DNA from: Hemiscyllium ocellatum
Taxonomy: Eukaryota
Length of the DNA: 64,000 nt
NCBI RefSeq assembly: GCF_020745735.1
Contig: NC_083407.1
Location: 89,085,857 to 89,149,856 of the forward strand
Direction of reading: 5' to 3'
Below are positions 25,700 through 38,070 of the stretch, one piece after another. Every line of letters begins with the position of its first letter. The stretch's first letter is position 1. Below the pieces are notes generated by a model, which was not told the DNA's origin, searched no databases, and worked only from the letters and a program-made list of their open reading frames with translations. The position numbers were made by a program, and so were the translations under genes.

Positions 25700-26271
25700 T
25701 TCTCAGTTCAGTTATGCTTATTTTGCTTACAGCACAATCCCACAGTATTTTTAAGTTGGTGCCTCTGCCAGATTATCGAATTAATTTTATTCAGCCACAT
25801 CCACAAATGCCAGCTGGTGGTGTGAACTATCTAGTCATCCAGGATGTGTTGACTGAATGGATACAGGGGTTTCCCAGTAGATGCCAACATAGTTTTAATT
25901 GCAGCTTGTTTATTTTTTGTAAGGTAATCTACATGGTGGAGATACCACTATGGATGGACAGCCATCCAGGTGGCAAATCTTGCAGGGAACATGTCAGCTT
26001 TAGGTTTTTTTTAATTCTTACATGGCTGAGTGAGTGTCATTAGCTGGATCAGACCTTATGTCCTATTGCTAATTGCATGTGAGAAGTTGGTTAAGAAATT
26101 TCCCCTTGATGCACAGTAGCCACCTGTGTGCTCACAATGGTATAAGGATTCCAGGTTTTCGATGAAGTTGCAGTGAAATGATTGTTAAAATAGTTCAAAG
26201 TCAGGATAATATATGACTTACATATGGTTGTCTTTCCATCTGTCTGATGCTATTGTACTGCTAAGTGTTAG

Positions 26272-26958
26272 TGGCTCCTTGAAAGTGGAGTCGCAGGTAG
26301 ATAGGATAATGAAGATGACGTTTGGTATACTTTCCTTTATTGGTCAGAGTATTGAGTACAGGAGTTGGGAGGTCATGTTGCGGCTGTACAGGACATTGGT
26401 TAGGCCACTGTTGGAATATTGTGTGTAATTCTGGTCTCCTTTCTATCGGAAAGATGTTGTGATACTTGAAAGGGTGCAGAAAAGATTTATAAGGATGTTG
26501 CCAGGGTTGGAGGATTTGAGCTGTAGGGAGAGGCTGAACAGGCTGGGGCTGTTTTCCCTGGAGCGTTGGAGGCTGAGGGATGACCTTATAGAGGTTTACA
26601 AAATTATGAGGGGCATAGATAGGATAAATAGACAAAGTCTTTTCCCTGGGATGGGGGAATCCAGAACTAGAGGGCATAGGTTTAGGGTGAGAGGGGAAAG
26701 AGAGCTAAGGGGCAATGTTTTCACGCAAAGGGTGGTACGTGTATGGAACTAGCTGCCAGACGATGTGGTGGAGGCTGGTACAATTGCAACACTTACAAAG
26801 CATTTGGATGGGTATATGAATAGGAAAGGTTTGGAGGGATATGGGGCGGCTGCTGGCAGGCGGGACCAGATTGGGTTGGGATATCTGGTTGGCATGGACA
26901 GGTTGGACCAAAGGGTCTGTTTCCATGCTGTACATCTCTATGACTCTATTTCTCTATG
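26272..26958 (+). mobile_element. CR1/HER1-type LINE 3' part
   Basis: LYRTLVRPLLEYCV and LERVQKRF motifs. Confidence 0.88.
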
Positions 26959-27791
26959 ATGGGTTTGAAAGATGCTATCGAAGAGACTTGATGCTATAAT
27001 GATAGTGTACAACCCTGGTCGTGGATGCAGTCAATATTTAAGGTGATGAATGGGATGTTAATCAAGCAAGCTGCTTCTTAGTGGAGGAATTAAACAGAAT
27101 TCACACATTTCCTATCATTATAACAGACCATGACTAGAAGTTTGATAAAGTGGAATATTTGGTAAAATGACACCAAATTGAAACTGTATTGATATGCTAA
27201 TGATGGTTTAAAATAACAGTTTGGTGCTACATGCTGCTCATCACAATTTCCACATGTCTGGAAGCGTTAAATAGGGCCACATTTACCAACTAACTGCTGA
27301 TTAGACATAACTTCCGTGGAGATGGATTTGCACTCCAAGCACTCATCTTCACCCAAGCTGTAGCATGCACTGTCTCTCCAAAGTTGGGTTTTGCAAGATG
27401 GCGAAAGCAGCAGAGCCAGCTTCTCAAACGTGTTGTTGGAGGAGATATTGAGGACAAAGGACTCTCTGCCTGACGTCTTCCTGTTGATATTAGCCCAGGT
27501 GAAGGGAAGATCTAGCAAGATGGCCTTGGCAAAACATCATTGTTACCAACGTATCTTACAAGGTGTCCCAAATGATGCAGTTGCACAATGTCTAATCTTT
27601 TTATATAAGGATCTCAGAGAATTTCTGAATATAATTCCCTATTTTTAACATTATGGTCTCAAATTCATAAAAGTTTTGTACTAACAGAGGCACAAAAACA
27701 TAATTCAAAGATAAGAAATCGGTTCTAATGAAAGGACATTTATTTATGTTTCAGAACATTTCTGCATGATAAAATCTAGTTCAATAAGGAA

Positions 27792-30700
27792 TTAGAAATC
27801 CCTCATGCGCCTGAAAGACCCGATAGTTGAGCTGTAGCCTCCCCAGTCACTGTATCTCCTATATTCACCGGGTCTCATGAAGTACTGTCGCCCTCTGTAG
27901 TTGGGATGTTCATAGAAGATCCAGTAACCGTCCATCACATGGCAGGAGTGGATGTCACGGTAACGGAAATGATCGTAGACAGATGGACAGTCATCCATGA
28001 ATTCCATCATCTGTCCTCCAAAGTCAGGCCTCTCGTAAACCCTCATTCTGTAGGAGCCTCCTCGGTACTGCAATAGAAAGAAATGAAAGATTTGTGACAC
28101 AGCTATGTTAGTTTGACATTTAGCAGAGTACATGTTAATGTTGGGAACAGAGGATAAAAAGAACTGGAGTGAGCCCTTCAAGCCTGTTCCAACATTCAAG
28201 AAGCTTGTGGCTGATTTGTGATGTAATCCCATATTCTTACCTTCACTCAATTTCATTTAATAACTTTGCATAACCAAAATAACCATTGATCTGGCATTAC
28301 CTTTTGGAAAAAAACTACATCTACCACTCTTGGCAAGAAGGATAGTGTGCTATGTTCATCCTGAAAGATTGAGCTCTAATTTTCTCAACATGTTCCCTAT
28401 ACTCCCCAAACAGCAGAAATAATTTGGATGCGAGCATAAGAGGTACAGTTAGTAAGTTTGCAGGTGACACCAAAATTGGAGGTGTAATGGACAGCAAAGA
28501 GAGTTACCTCAGATTACAACAGGATCTGGACCAGATGGGGCAATGGACTGAGAAGTGGCAGATGGAATTTAATTCAGATAAGTGTGAGGTGCTGCATTTT
28601 GGGAAAGCAAATCTCAGCAGGACGTACACACTTAATGGTAAGGTCCTAGGGAGTGTTGCTGAACAAAGAGACCTTGGAGTGCAGGTTCATAGCTCCTTGA
28701 AAGTGGAGTCGCAGGTAGATAGGATAGTGAAGAAGGTGTTTGGCATGCTTTGGAGAAAGTGAGGACTGCAGATGCTGGAGACCAGAGTTGAAAAGTGTGG
28801 TGCTGGAAAAGCGCAGCAGGCCAGGCAGCATCTGAGGAGCTGGAGAATCAATATTTCAGGCATCAGCCCTTCTTCAGGAATGAGGCCATTGTGCCAAGCA
28901 GGCTGAGATAAAAGGTGGGGGGGGGAGTTTGGGGGAGGGGCGCTGTGAATACAATAGGTGGAAGGAGGTAAGGGTGAGGGTGATAGGCCGGAGAGGGGGT
29001 GGGGGCAAAGAGATGGGGAAGAAGATTGCAGGTCAAGAGGGTAGTGCTGAATCCAGGGGTTGGGACTGAGATAAGGTGGGGGGAGGGGAAATGAGGAAGC
29101 TGGAGAAATCTACATTCATCCCATGTGGTTGGAGGGTTCCAAGACGGAAGATGAGATGCCCTTCCTCCAGACATCGTGTGGCCAGGGTCTGGCGATGGAG
29201 GAGGCCAAGGACCTGCATGTCCTTGGCGGAGTGTGAGGGGGAGTTAGTGTGTTCAGCCACGGGTTGGTTGGTGTGGGGGTCCCAGAAGTGTTCCCTGAAA
29301 CATTCCACAAGTAGGTGGCCTGTCTCCCCAATGTAGAGGAGACCACATCGAGTGCAGCGGATACAGTAAATGATGTGGAGGTGCAGGTGAATTTGCGATG
29401 GATATGGAAGGATCTGCTGGGGCCTTGGAGGGAGATGAGGGGGGAAGTGTGGTGCAAGCTTTGCACTTCTTGCGGTTGCAGGGGAAGGTGCTGGGAGTGG
29501 AGGTTGGGTTGGTAGGGGGTGTGGACTTGACAAGGGAGTCGGGGAGGGAGTGGCCTTTCCGGAACGCTGGGAGGGGTGGAGCGGGAAATATATCCCTGGT
29601 GGTGTGGTCTGTTTGGAGGTGGCAGAATTGACGGAGAATGCTTTCCTTTATTGGTCAGAGTATTGAGTTCAGGAGTTGAGAGGTCATGTTGTGGCTGTAC
29701 AGGACATTGGTTGGGCCACTGTTGGAATATTGCGTGCAATTCTGGTCTCCTTCCTATCGGAAAAATGTTGTGAAACTTGAAAGGGTTCAGAAAAGATTTA
29801 CAGGGATGTTGCCAGGGTTGGAGGATCTGAGCTACAGGGAGAGGCTGAACAGGCTGGGGCTGTTTTCCCTGGAGTGTCAGAGGCTGAGGGGTGACCTTAT
29901 AGAGGTATACAAAATTATGAGGGGCATGGATAGGATAAATAGACACAATCTTTTCCCTGGGGTTGGGGAGTCCAGAACTAGAGGGCATAGTTTTAGGGTG
30001 AGAGGGAAAAGATATAAAAGAGACCTAAGGGGCAACTTTTTCACACAGAGGGTGGTACGTGTATGGAATGACATGCCAGAGGATGTGGTGGAGGCTGGTA
30101 CAATTGCAACATTTAAGATGGGTATATAAATAGGAAGGGTTTGGAGGTATATGGGCTGGGTGCTGGCAGGTGGGACTAGATTGGGTTGGGATGTCTGGTC
30201 GGTGTGGACGGGATGGACCGAAGGGTCTGTTTCTGTGCTATACATCTCTATGACTCTAGTCTATGATTCTAATTCCTCTCTATTTTATCTCTTGTTCCAT
30301 TATGCAGCGTCAAACCTCCATCGCACCCAAGACAAACTCTAATCTCTCATCAGACTAATGATAAAACCTTCACGACAAAAGCAATCGAAAATGTTTTGTT
30401 TTGAATTCAACTGTTGGGGAAGACATGGCTTAGCTCAAGTCTCAGTGGACACGGAAGACAAGAAGATGATTACTTACCATGTTTGTTTTTATAGATAAAT
30501 GCCATTGCATTTTCATTGCTTATTTGATTTGAGGCATCTCTCAACTTTGCATCAGCTACAAGGAGAGTAGAAGATAACCTCGGCAGTCTGCTTCAGTGCA
30601 AGGTTTCCGTGTGAGTTAGTTGACATGTGGTGCCAGCCTTAGCTTTAAATAAGTTACTCTCTGATATAACTTGATGTGTTCTCCCATTATTTTAGTGCCT

Positions 30701-31432
30701 ACTTTATTGTAATGATGTATGCACTCTACATATTGCCCTTCACAAGTGATTTTTCATTGGGATTTTGTTCAGAGATTGTCCTGATTGATCACCATTTGAG
30801 AATCACACCTTCCCTTTGCTCCGATCAAGATAATGGCATTCCCATTCATTTTTCATTGATGATCCATCAGGATAGTCCTGAGGTACTTACAGAGCAAGCA
30901 TAGCCCATCAATTTGCAGGCTACAATTTCAAATTCAAATTAAAATTTCAATTAATTATCAATGAAATTCATTACATGGAAATATGAATTGAAAATCACTA
31001 CATATTTCTTGAAATAAATAATTAAACAGACCTTTCCAAATATAAGTCAATTGACAAGCTCATTTCATCCGAAGGACAATCAATTTATGACTCACAAATG
31101 GGTGACTGCGACATGACCTGACACAGTCATTGAATCCCATCCAGCGCTGGTAGTCAGGATACTCTCCCCTGGTCAGAACATACTGGTATCCCATGTAATT
31201 GGGTGTCTCATACACCACCCACCAGTCACTCTCAACACGGATGGAGTTACAGCGGCTGAAGTAAGGGGACAGGTCGGCACAGTCACTGCTGCACTCATAG
31301 TGCCGTCCCTGGAAGTTCCTGTCCTCGTAAAAGATGATCTGTGAGGGAAGGAAATGAAACAAACTATTTGTATTTTCTGATGAATCATGGATAAAATGTA
31401 AATGATATCAGAGTCTGCCTCACCTTTCCCAT
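27792..31432 (-). CDS. cryg: gamma-crystallin gene 3, join complement(31424..31432, 31096..31338, 27792..28067), 175 aa
   Basis: ATGGGAAAG|GTGAGG; exon 2 [11 protein letters not shown]...SCRSHPF|GTGAGT; exon 3 [18 protein letters not shown]...RRMRDF*. All GT-AG introns, no stops. TATA at 31489-31496; AATAAA at 27739-27744. Intron 2 is expanded by a CR1+PLE insertion. Confidence 0.95.
28424..30258 (+). mobile_element. CR1/HER1-type LINE in gene 3 intron 2, interrupted by a PLE
   Basis: SKFAGDTK...KWQMEFN, then [19 protein letters not shown] after the PLE. Confidence 0.9.
28752..29637 (-). mobile_element. Penelope-like element (GIY-YIG endonuclease region) nested in CR1 within gene 3 intron 2
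   Basis: Translates [19 protein letters not shown]...FREH...PVAEH...[19 protein letters not shown] (GIY-YIG). 7-bp TSD ATGCTTT at 28745-28751 and 29638-29644 interrupts the CR1 frame. Confidence 0.9.
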
Positions 31433-31488
31433 TTTGAGCTCACAGTGGTATAGCAGAGCCTGAACATGCTCTCACTCTGGGTGTTCAG

Positions 31489-31565
31489 TATTTATACCCT
31501 TCACAAACAGTTACAGAAACTGCCTTTGTAATTTTAAACAATCTCAAGCACAGATCAGCAAAAAT
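31489..31565 (-). promoter_or_regulatory. proximal promoter of gene 3 (TATA + SOX/MAF-like block)
   Basis: TATAAATA at 31489-31496; same ~46-bp block as gene 1 at about 31519-31564. Confidence 0.65.
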
Positions 31566-33227
31566 AAGCTAAAATGTGTTACAGATATTTCAGCAAATCA
31601 CCTTCATTCAGAATAATAGGAGTAATTGGCTCATTGAGTTTTGCTTTCATGTCATTTTGATTTGTCCTGCAGAAAAAAAGGAACAAAAGTCGAGGGACCC
31701 CAGTTATACTCAGAATAAAATACACAAAACATTGAACTGTGAACTTTGCTGAATAGTCATAAGCCAGACAACCTTCTTTTGTTCATTAACTATTACACCC
31801 ACAAGTAGAAAAGAGGTGAATCCTAGTCACATTGACTAAACATAAAGTTAGACAATTATTCTGACTTTTTAATGGATAGCAAATCAGCAACCATTAGGTA
31901 ATGGTTCATTGTCACCTCTTTCAACCCCTCCACTATTCCCATGTACACACTTAGCCAGCATCTCAACATCTATTCTTTGTAAACTCTAATGTATCTACCC
32001 TGCCTCCCATCACTCTTGAGTTCAATAACTCGCATTTGCTTCCAGTTCAGCAACATCTCAATTTCAAAATTCTCAATTTGTTTTAAATTATTCCAAATCG
32101 CCCATCTCTGACATCCCCTTATATTACCATGCAGCAAAAGAATGGAATTTGAGCAGGAGCATAGTTTTCATCTTTTATTTATAACCATATTATGCAGCTA
32201 CAAACCTGCAATCACAGGTAAATCCCCAATTACTGTCTATCATCTGAATGCAATTCAATACAAACTTAATATGCAATTAACATATTTTTGTCGTGTAGAT
32301 CCCCAGTTATCTAAGATGTTCTTGTGTGCTCCCTATTTTGGATTCTTGAACGGGCTTAGTTTTACTTCCTCCACCCATTTGAAGCTGGTCTTCAACTGCT
32401 TCAGTCATGAATTTGGAAATTCCTTGCTAAATCACTCCTTCTCTCCACAACTCTCTGTTCCTTCACGAGGTTTTGTAAAAGTTAATTCTTGGATCAAGAC
32501 TTTGATCATCTGTTGTAGTATTTCCTAAGTGCTTTGATGTCCAGTTTTGGTTGATAATATTTTCAAGCATGTGAACTTAACTCCATATTCTTTCTATATG
32601 GTATATGTTTTCATAACAATATCTTAAGATCTAAAGAAACTTAAAAAAAATTCAAATCCCTGATATTTGAGAATAAACTCAAAATGCTGGGAATGCTCAG
32701 AGTGTGGCAGGATCAGTAGAAAGAGAAACAGCAGGATATGACACATTCTGATCGTTGCTCACTGAATTGATATTTTAAGAAACTTGAGAAAATGCTCATT
32801 TCTCAGTTGTGATTGGTAAGTAAGTGTGAGAGATCTTTGAATTAATACTTCTACAGATCTGAATAAAATTCTGTAGCAGACTTGACAGTTTCTTAATGCT
32901 GGGATCATATATTTATGCAGCACTCATAGAGAATTATTTTTAATTGTACAGTAATTTGATAAATTCCACTGAAATGGTGAGCACCTAGGGTTCAGTCTTT
33001 ATATTTGGCAGAACGAATTATGGCTACAGAATAATGGTGATATTATTGGCATGGTATTCGAGCTCAATCAATTTGGGACTGTCTAAAGATGTTGAATTGG
33101 ATGGAGGCTGAGGACCATCAAAAATCATGCTGCTGTGAAAATTATTTCACTAGGATTCGGGCACAAGTTGCCTTTTTAATAATGCCAAGAGCATTTATTA
33201 TACAGCCTGACTGTAAAATATTCACGA

Positions 33228-33357
33228 TGCTGATGAAGGGCTTTTGCCTGAAATGTCGATTTCCCTGCTCATCGAATGCTGCCTGACCTGCTATGCTTTT
33301 CCAGCACCACTCTAATCTTGACTCTAATCTCCAGCATCTGCAGAACCCACTTTCACC
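33228..33357 (+). mobile_element. solo PLE terminal repeat starting at the HHR core
   Basis: CTGATGAAGGGCTTTTGCCTGAAATGTC...CAGCATCTGCAG...; possible TSD CTGTAAAA. Confidence 0.7.
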
Positions 33358-33628
33358 CTGTAAAACTCTATTTCATCAAGTTCAATTACCAGGATTTTAA
33401 GAAACGGGTATAAACAGATCTTCTCCCTCTGAAAGCTAGCACAATCCAATCAAGTTCTGAGTAACATGGCTATGGGAAGATGTGTGGCAGAATTTTAGCA
33501 AGATCCATCTTGATGTCGAGATCATCTGGCCATGCCTCGTACCCTTTTATCAAGCAGCAGAACGAGAGTCTCGCTAAGGAGCAACAGATTTCTAAGTGAC
33601 TCTCATTATTACTTGTTAAGCATCTATT

Positions 33629-35025
33629 GGAGAAAGTGAGGACTGCAGATGCTGGGGATCACAGTCAAGAGTGTGGTGCTGGAAAAGCACAGATGGTCAG
33701 GCAGCATCCAAAGAGCAGCAGAATTGACGTTTCAGGCAAAAGCCCTTCATCAGGAATGAGACTTGTGAGCCTTGGGGGTGGAGAGATAAATGGGAGGGGG
33801 TGGGGCTGGGGAGGCAAGGTTGCTGAGAGTGCAATAGGTAGATGAAGATGGGGGTGATGGTGATAGGTTAGAGAGGAAGGTGGAGCAGATAGGTGGAAAG
33901 GAAGATGGACAGGTCATGAGGGTGGTGCTGAGGTGGAAGGTCATATCTGAGATAAGGTGGGCGGAGGGGAAATGAGGAAACTGGTGAAATCCACATTGAT
34001 CCCATGTGGTTGGACAGTCCCAAGGAGGAAGATGAGGTGTTCTTCCTCCAGGGTCGGGTGGTTAGGGTTTAGAGATCTGCATGTCCTTGGCGGATTGAGT
34101 GTGGAGTGGAGTTGAAGTGTTCAGCCACAGGGCGGTAGGGTTGGTTGGCGTGGGTGTCATGGAGATATTCTCTGAAGCGTTCTGCCAGTAGGTGTCCTGT
34201 CTCCCCAATGTAGGGGAGACCACATCGGGAGTAACGGATCTAGTAAATGATGTGTGGAAGTGCTGGTAAAACTCTGATGGATGTGGAAGACTCCTCTTGG
34301 AACCTTGGATGGTGAGGGGGGAGGTGTGGACACAGGTTTTGCAATTCTTGCAGTGGCAGGAGAAGGTGCCGGGAAGGAAGGGTGAGTTTCTGGGATGTGT
34401 GGACCTAACAAGAGAGTCGCGGAGGGAATGGTCTTTACGGAAAGCAGATAGGGGTGGAGAGGGCAATATATCTCTGGTGGTGGGGTCCATTTGTAGGTGG
34501 CATCTGCACCAGTTAAGCCCACTACCCTGTGGCTGAGCACTTCAACCTCCCCTCCCACTCTGCCAAGGGCATGCAGGTACTGGGCCTCAAACATTGCCAA
34601 ACCCTTACCACCTGACCCCTGGAGGAAGAACACCTCATCTTCCGCCTTGGGATGTCCAACAACATGGGGTCAATATGGATTTCACCAGTTTCCTCATTTC
34701 CCCTCCCCCCACCTTATGCAGATCCAACCTTACAACTCAGCACTACCCTCATGACCTCTCCTACCTAACCATCTTCCTTCCCACCTGTCCGCTCCACCCT
34801 CCTCTCTGATCTATCACCATCACCCCCACCTTCATTTACCTATCGCACTTTCAGCTGCCTACACCCACCCCCTCTCAGCCCTATCTGCCTCCCATTTATC
34901 TCTCCACCCCCTGGGCTCACAGGTTTCATTTCTAATGAAGGGCTTTTGCCCAAAATGTCAAATCTGTTGCTCCTTGGGTGCTGCCTGACCTGCTGTGCTT
35001 TTCTAGCACCACACTCTCAACTCTA
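33629..35025. mobile_element. Penelope-like element with large inverted duplication
   Basis: Minus-strand copy at 33629-34500 (terminal repeat + GIY-YIG) is joined at about 34500 to a plus-strand copy of the same 3' region ending at about 35025. Confidence 0.82.
33722..33758 (-). ncRNA. minimal hammerhead ribozyme in PLE terminal repeat
   Basis: Minus strand CATTC-CTGATGA-A-GGGC-TTTT-GCCT-GAAA-CGTC; core intact, stem I weakened. Confidence 0.6.
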
Positions 35026-36552
35026 TTAAACATCTTAAACAATTTGTCATAGGTTGCAATCATATGAATTAGCCCTTGAGAAAACTCGACATGGAAACCA
35101 AAGAAGCTTTTTGCTGAATTCAACTCTAACTTGCTCAAAATGACCTCTATGGTGGACACCATGCACATACTTCTAAGGCACCTCTGTGGACAATATTGAA
35201 ACAGAACCCCCACATCCAAAGCCATTGGATCTGACATGCACCTGACTCTATAAGCCCTTATGGCACATGTCCAATTCACTTGCAGGAAATTCTTCTGCAC
35301 TTCAATGCTGCAACTTGGGCTACAAGTAAACTATGTGTCCAGCAACACACTCCCAACTCACGGATTGGGACAGGTTACATCTCAGCGATTTTTGCTTGCT
35401 GTCATAACACTCACTCACAGGGTCACTGATCTGATAGGACAATAACACTTAATCCTGAATCAAACACAAAATCATTTGGATGTCCATTATCATCTCTGTC
35501 CCATCTGGTTGGCTCGTTCCATAAGAGTGTCTTGACTAATTTCTCTATTGGAAGTATCTCATCAAATACGGGTATGTTTTCTAATGGTGGTGCGTAATGT
35601 ACCTTGTGGACCACTCTACATATGGAACAATCAATACTTCCAAGTTTCTGAAGCTGTGGCTCATTTTGCATATCTAATGGAGATAGCCTAGAGTTTTACG
35701 AATGTAGCTTTCCTTAGCAACGGCTGGATATTATCTGTGTATGGGAGGCCTCATTATCCCACAGACCTGCCTCTGGCTTTATGCATCAGGTGTCTGGCTT
35801 TTTCTCTGTGTAGGTTGCTCTTTAGAGTGCCCATATCTTATGAAGTTAATAAAATCTGCTTCCTTCTTGACATCGCGCTAGTCTTTTCATCTCACGTTCT
35901 GTCTGTGAGTCTTTTTACTTTCTGCCTCCAGCAAAATTTTGAAATAGCTTCTCCAAAGTATATTCTACATTTGACTGTAAGACATCTGACAAAAGTTCAT
36001 GAAGAATTCCAACAACAATTCTGTCACTTATGAATTCTGACTTCAAAGCTCCATATTCACAACTTTCCACTCATCTATAGAGGTTATTAATGAAATTGTT
36101 TATGGAATCTTCTGGAAGCTGAACTCTTCTTGAACCTTGTTCATTCAAGAATTTTATTTGTTCTTAAATTGAAGTAATTGTTAGAAGGGATAATTTCTGG
36201 AATATGTGATTAAGGTAAAGCTTTTAAAATATATTCAAATGTTTCTGTGCTCTCTTTGAAGTCTTGACTGTTGATAACATTATTCCCAAAGTATCCATTG
36301 AATATACTGTAATAGTGTATTCATTTGCTCACTCTCAGTTTGAAAGCAGACCTTTCCCCTCCTTGGATGGAGTGAGAGAGGTGACAAGAAGGGTACGTGA
36401 TTGGGTGATTTGGCTTTGGCAAGATGGCACTCTCCCCTTGCCTTCTTCCCCTGACGCTCTCTCCCCCAACACTTGTTATGGACAAGGCCAGACCACTCAA
36501 AACATTCTGAAGCAGGCAGCCCAGACCATAACTTTGCAATTTATTTCAGTAA

Positions 36553-38070
36553 TTGATTGCTGGGCTTCTTGCTGAGATATTTGCATCGTCAATAGTCACA
36601 GGTGAGGTGCTGGAAGAATGGAGATTGGCTAACATGGTACCAGTGTTTCAGAAAGGGGGTAAGGAAAACTTAGGGAATTACAGACCGGTGAGCCCAAAAT
36701 TGGTAGTGGGCAAGTTGTTGGAGCGTACCCTGAGGGACAGGATTTACAACTTTTGGAAAGGCAAGGACTGATTAGGGATAGTCAGCATGGCTTTATGCAT
36801 GGGAAATCATGTCTCACGAATTAGATTGAGTTGTTTGAAGAAGTAATAAAGAGGATTGATGAGGGCAGAGTAATGGATGTGATCCATATGGACTTTGGTG
36901 AGGCATTTGACAAGGTTCCTCATGGGAGACTGGTTTGCAAGATTAGATCTCATGAAGTACAGGGAGAACTAGCCATTTAAGTAGAGAACTGGCTCAAAGG
37001 TAGAAGACAGAGGGGGTTGGTGGAGGGTTGCTTTTCAGACTGGAGGCCTGTGACCAGTGGAGTGCCACAAGGATCGGTGCTGGGTCCTTTACTTTTTGTC
37101 ATTTACATAAATGATTTGGATGCGAGCATAAGAGGTGCAGTTAGTAAGTTTGCAGAGGACACCAAAATTGGTGGTGTAGTGGACAGCAAAGAGGGTTACC
37201 TTAGATTACAACAGGATCTTGACCAGATGGGTCAGTGGGCTGAGAAGTGGCAGATGGAATTTAATTCAGATAAATGCCGAGGTGCTGCAGTTTGGGAAAG
37301 CAAATCTTAGCAGGACTTATACACTTAATGGTAAGGTCCTAGGGAGTGTTGCTGAGCAAGGAGACCTTGGAGTGCAGGCTCATAGCTCTTTGAAAGTGAA
37401 GTTGCAGGTAGATAGGATAGTTAAGAAGGCATTTGGTATGCTTTCCTTTATTGATCAGAGTATTGAGTACAGGAGTTGGGAGCATGTTGTGGCTGTACAG
37501 GACATTGGTTAGGCCACTGTTGGAATATGGTGTGCAATTCTGGTCTCCTTCCTATCAGAAAGATGTTGTGAAACTTGAAAGGGTTCAGAAAAGATTTACA
37601 AGGATGTTGCCAGGGTTGGAGGATTTGCGCTATAGGGAGAGGTTGAATAGGCTGGGGCTGTTTTCCCTGGAGCATTGAAGGCTGCAGAGGGACTTTATAA
37701 AGGTTAATAAAATCATGTGGGGCATGAACAAGATAAATAGACAAAGTCTTTTCCCTGGGGTCGGGGAGTCCAGAACTAGAGGGCATAGTTTTAGGTGAGA
37801 GGGGAAAGATGTAAAAGAGACTTAAGGGGCAACCTATCACACAGAGAGTGATGGGTGTATGGAATGTGGTGGAGAAGGTGGTGGAGGCTGATACAATTAT
37901 AGTATTTAAAAGGCATCTGAATGGGTTTATAAATAGGAAGGAATTGGAGGGATATGAGCCAAGTGCTGGCAAGAGGGACTAGATTAAGTTGGGACATCTG
38001 CTTGGATTGGACGAGTTGGACAGAAGGATCTGTTTCCGTGCTGTACATCTCTATGGCTCTATGACTCTAA
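36553..38070 (+). mobile_element. CR1/HER1-type LINE inserted in the Gmr1 3' LTR
   Basis: GNYRPVS, SGVPQGSVLGPLLF and SKFAEDTK motifs; LTR sequence resumes on both sides. Confidence 0.9.

Noticed and set aside
27792-28256. 154-aa ORF as a stand-alone crystallin with a novel N-terminus
   Set aside because: The extension is intron 2 read in frame; a canonical acceptor precedes 28067.
29116-29988. Longest ORF in the track (290 aa)
   Set aside because: It is a chimeric reading of antisense CR1 plus PLE sequence across an insertion junction.
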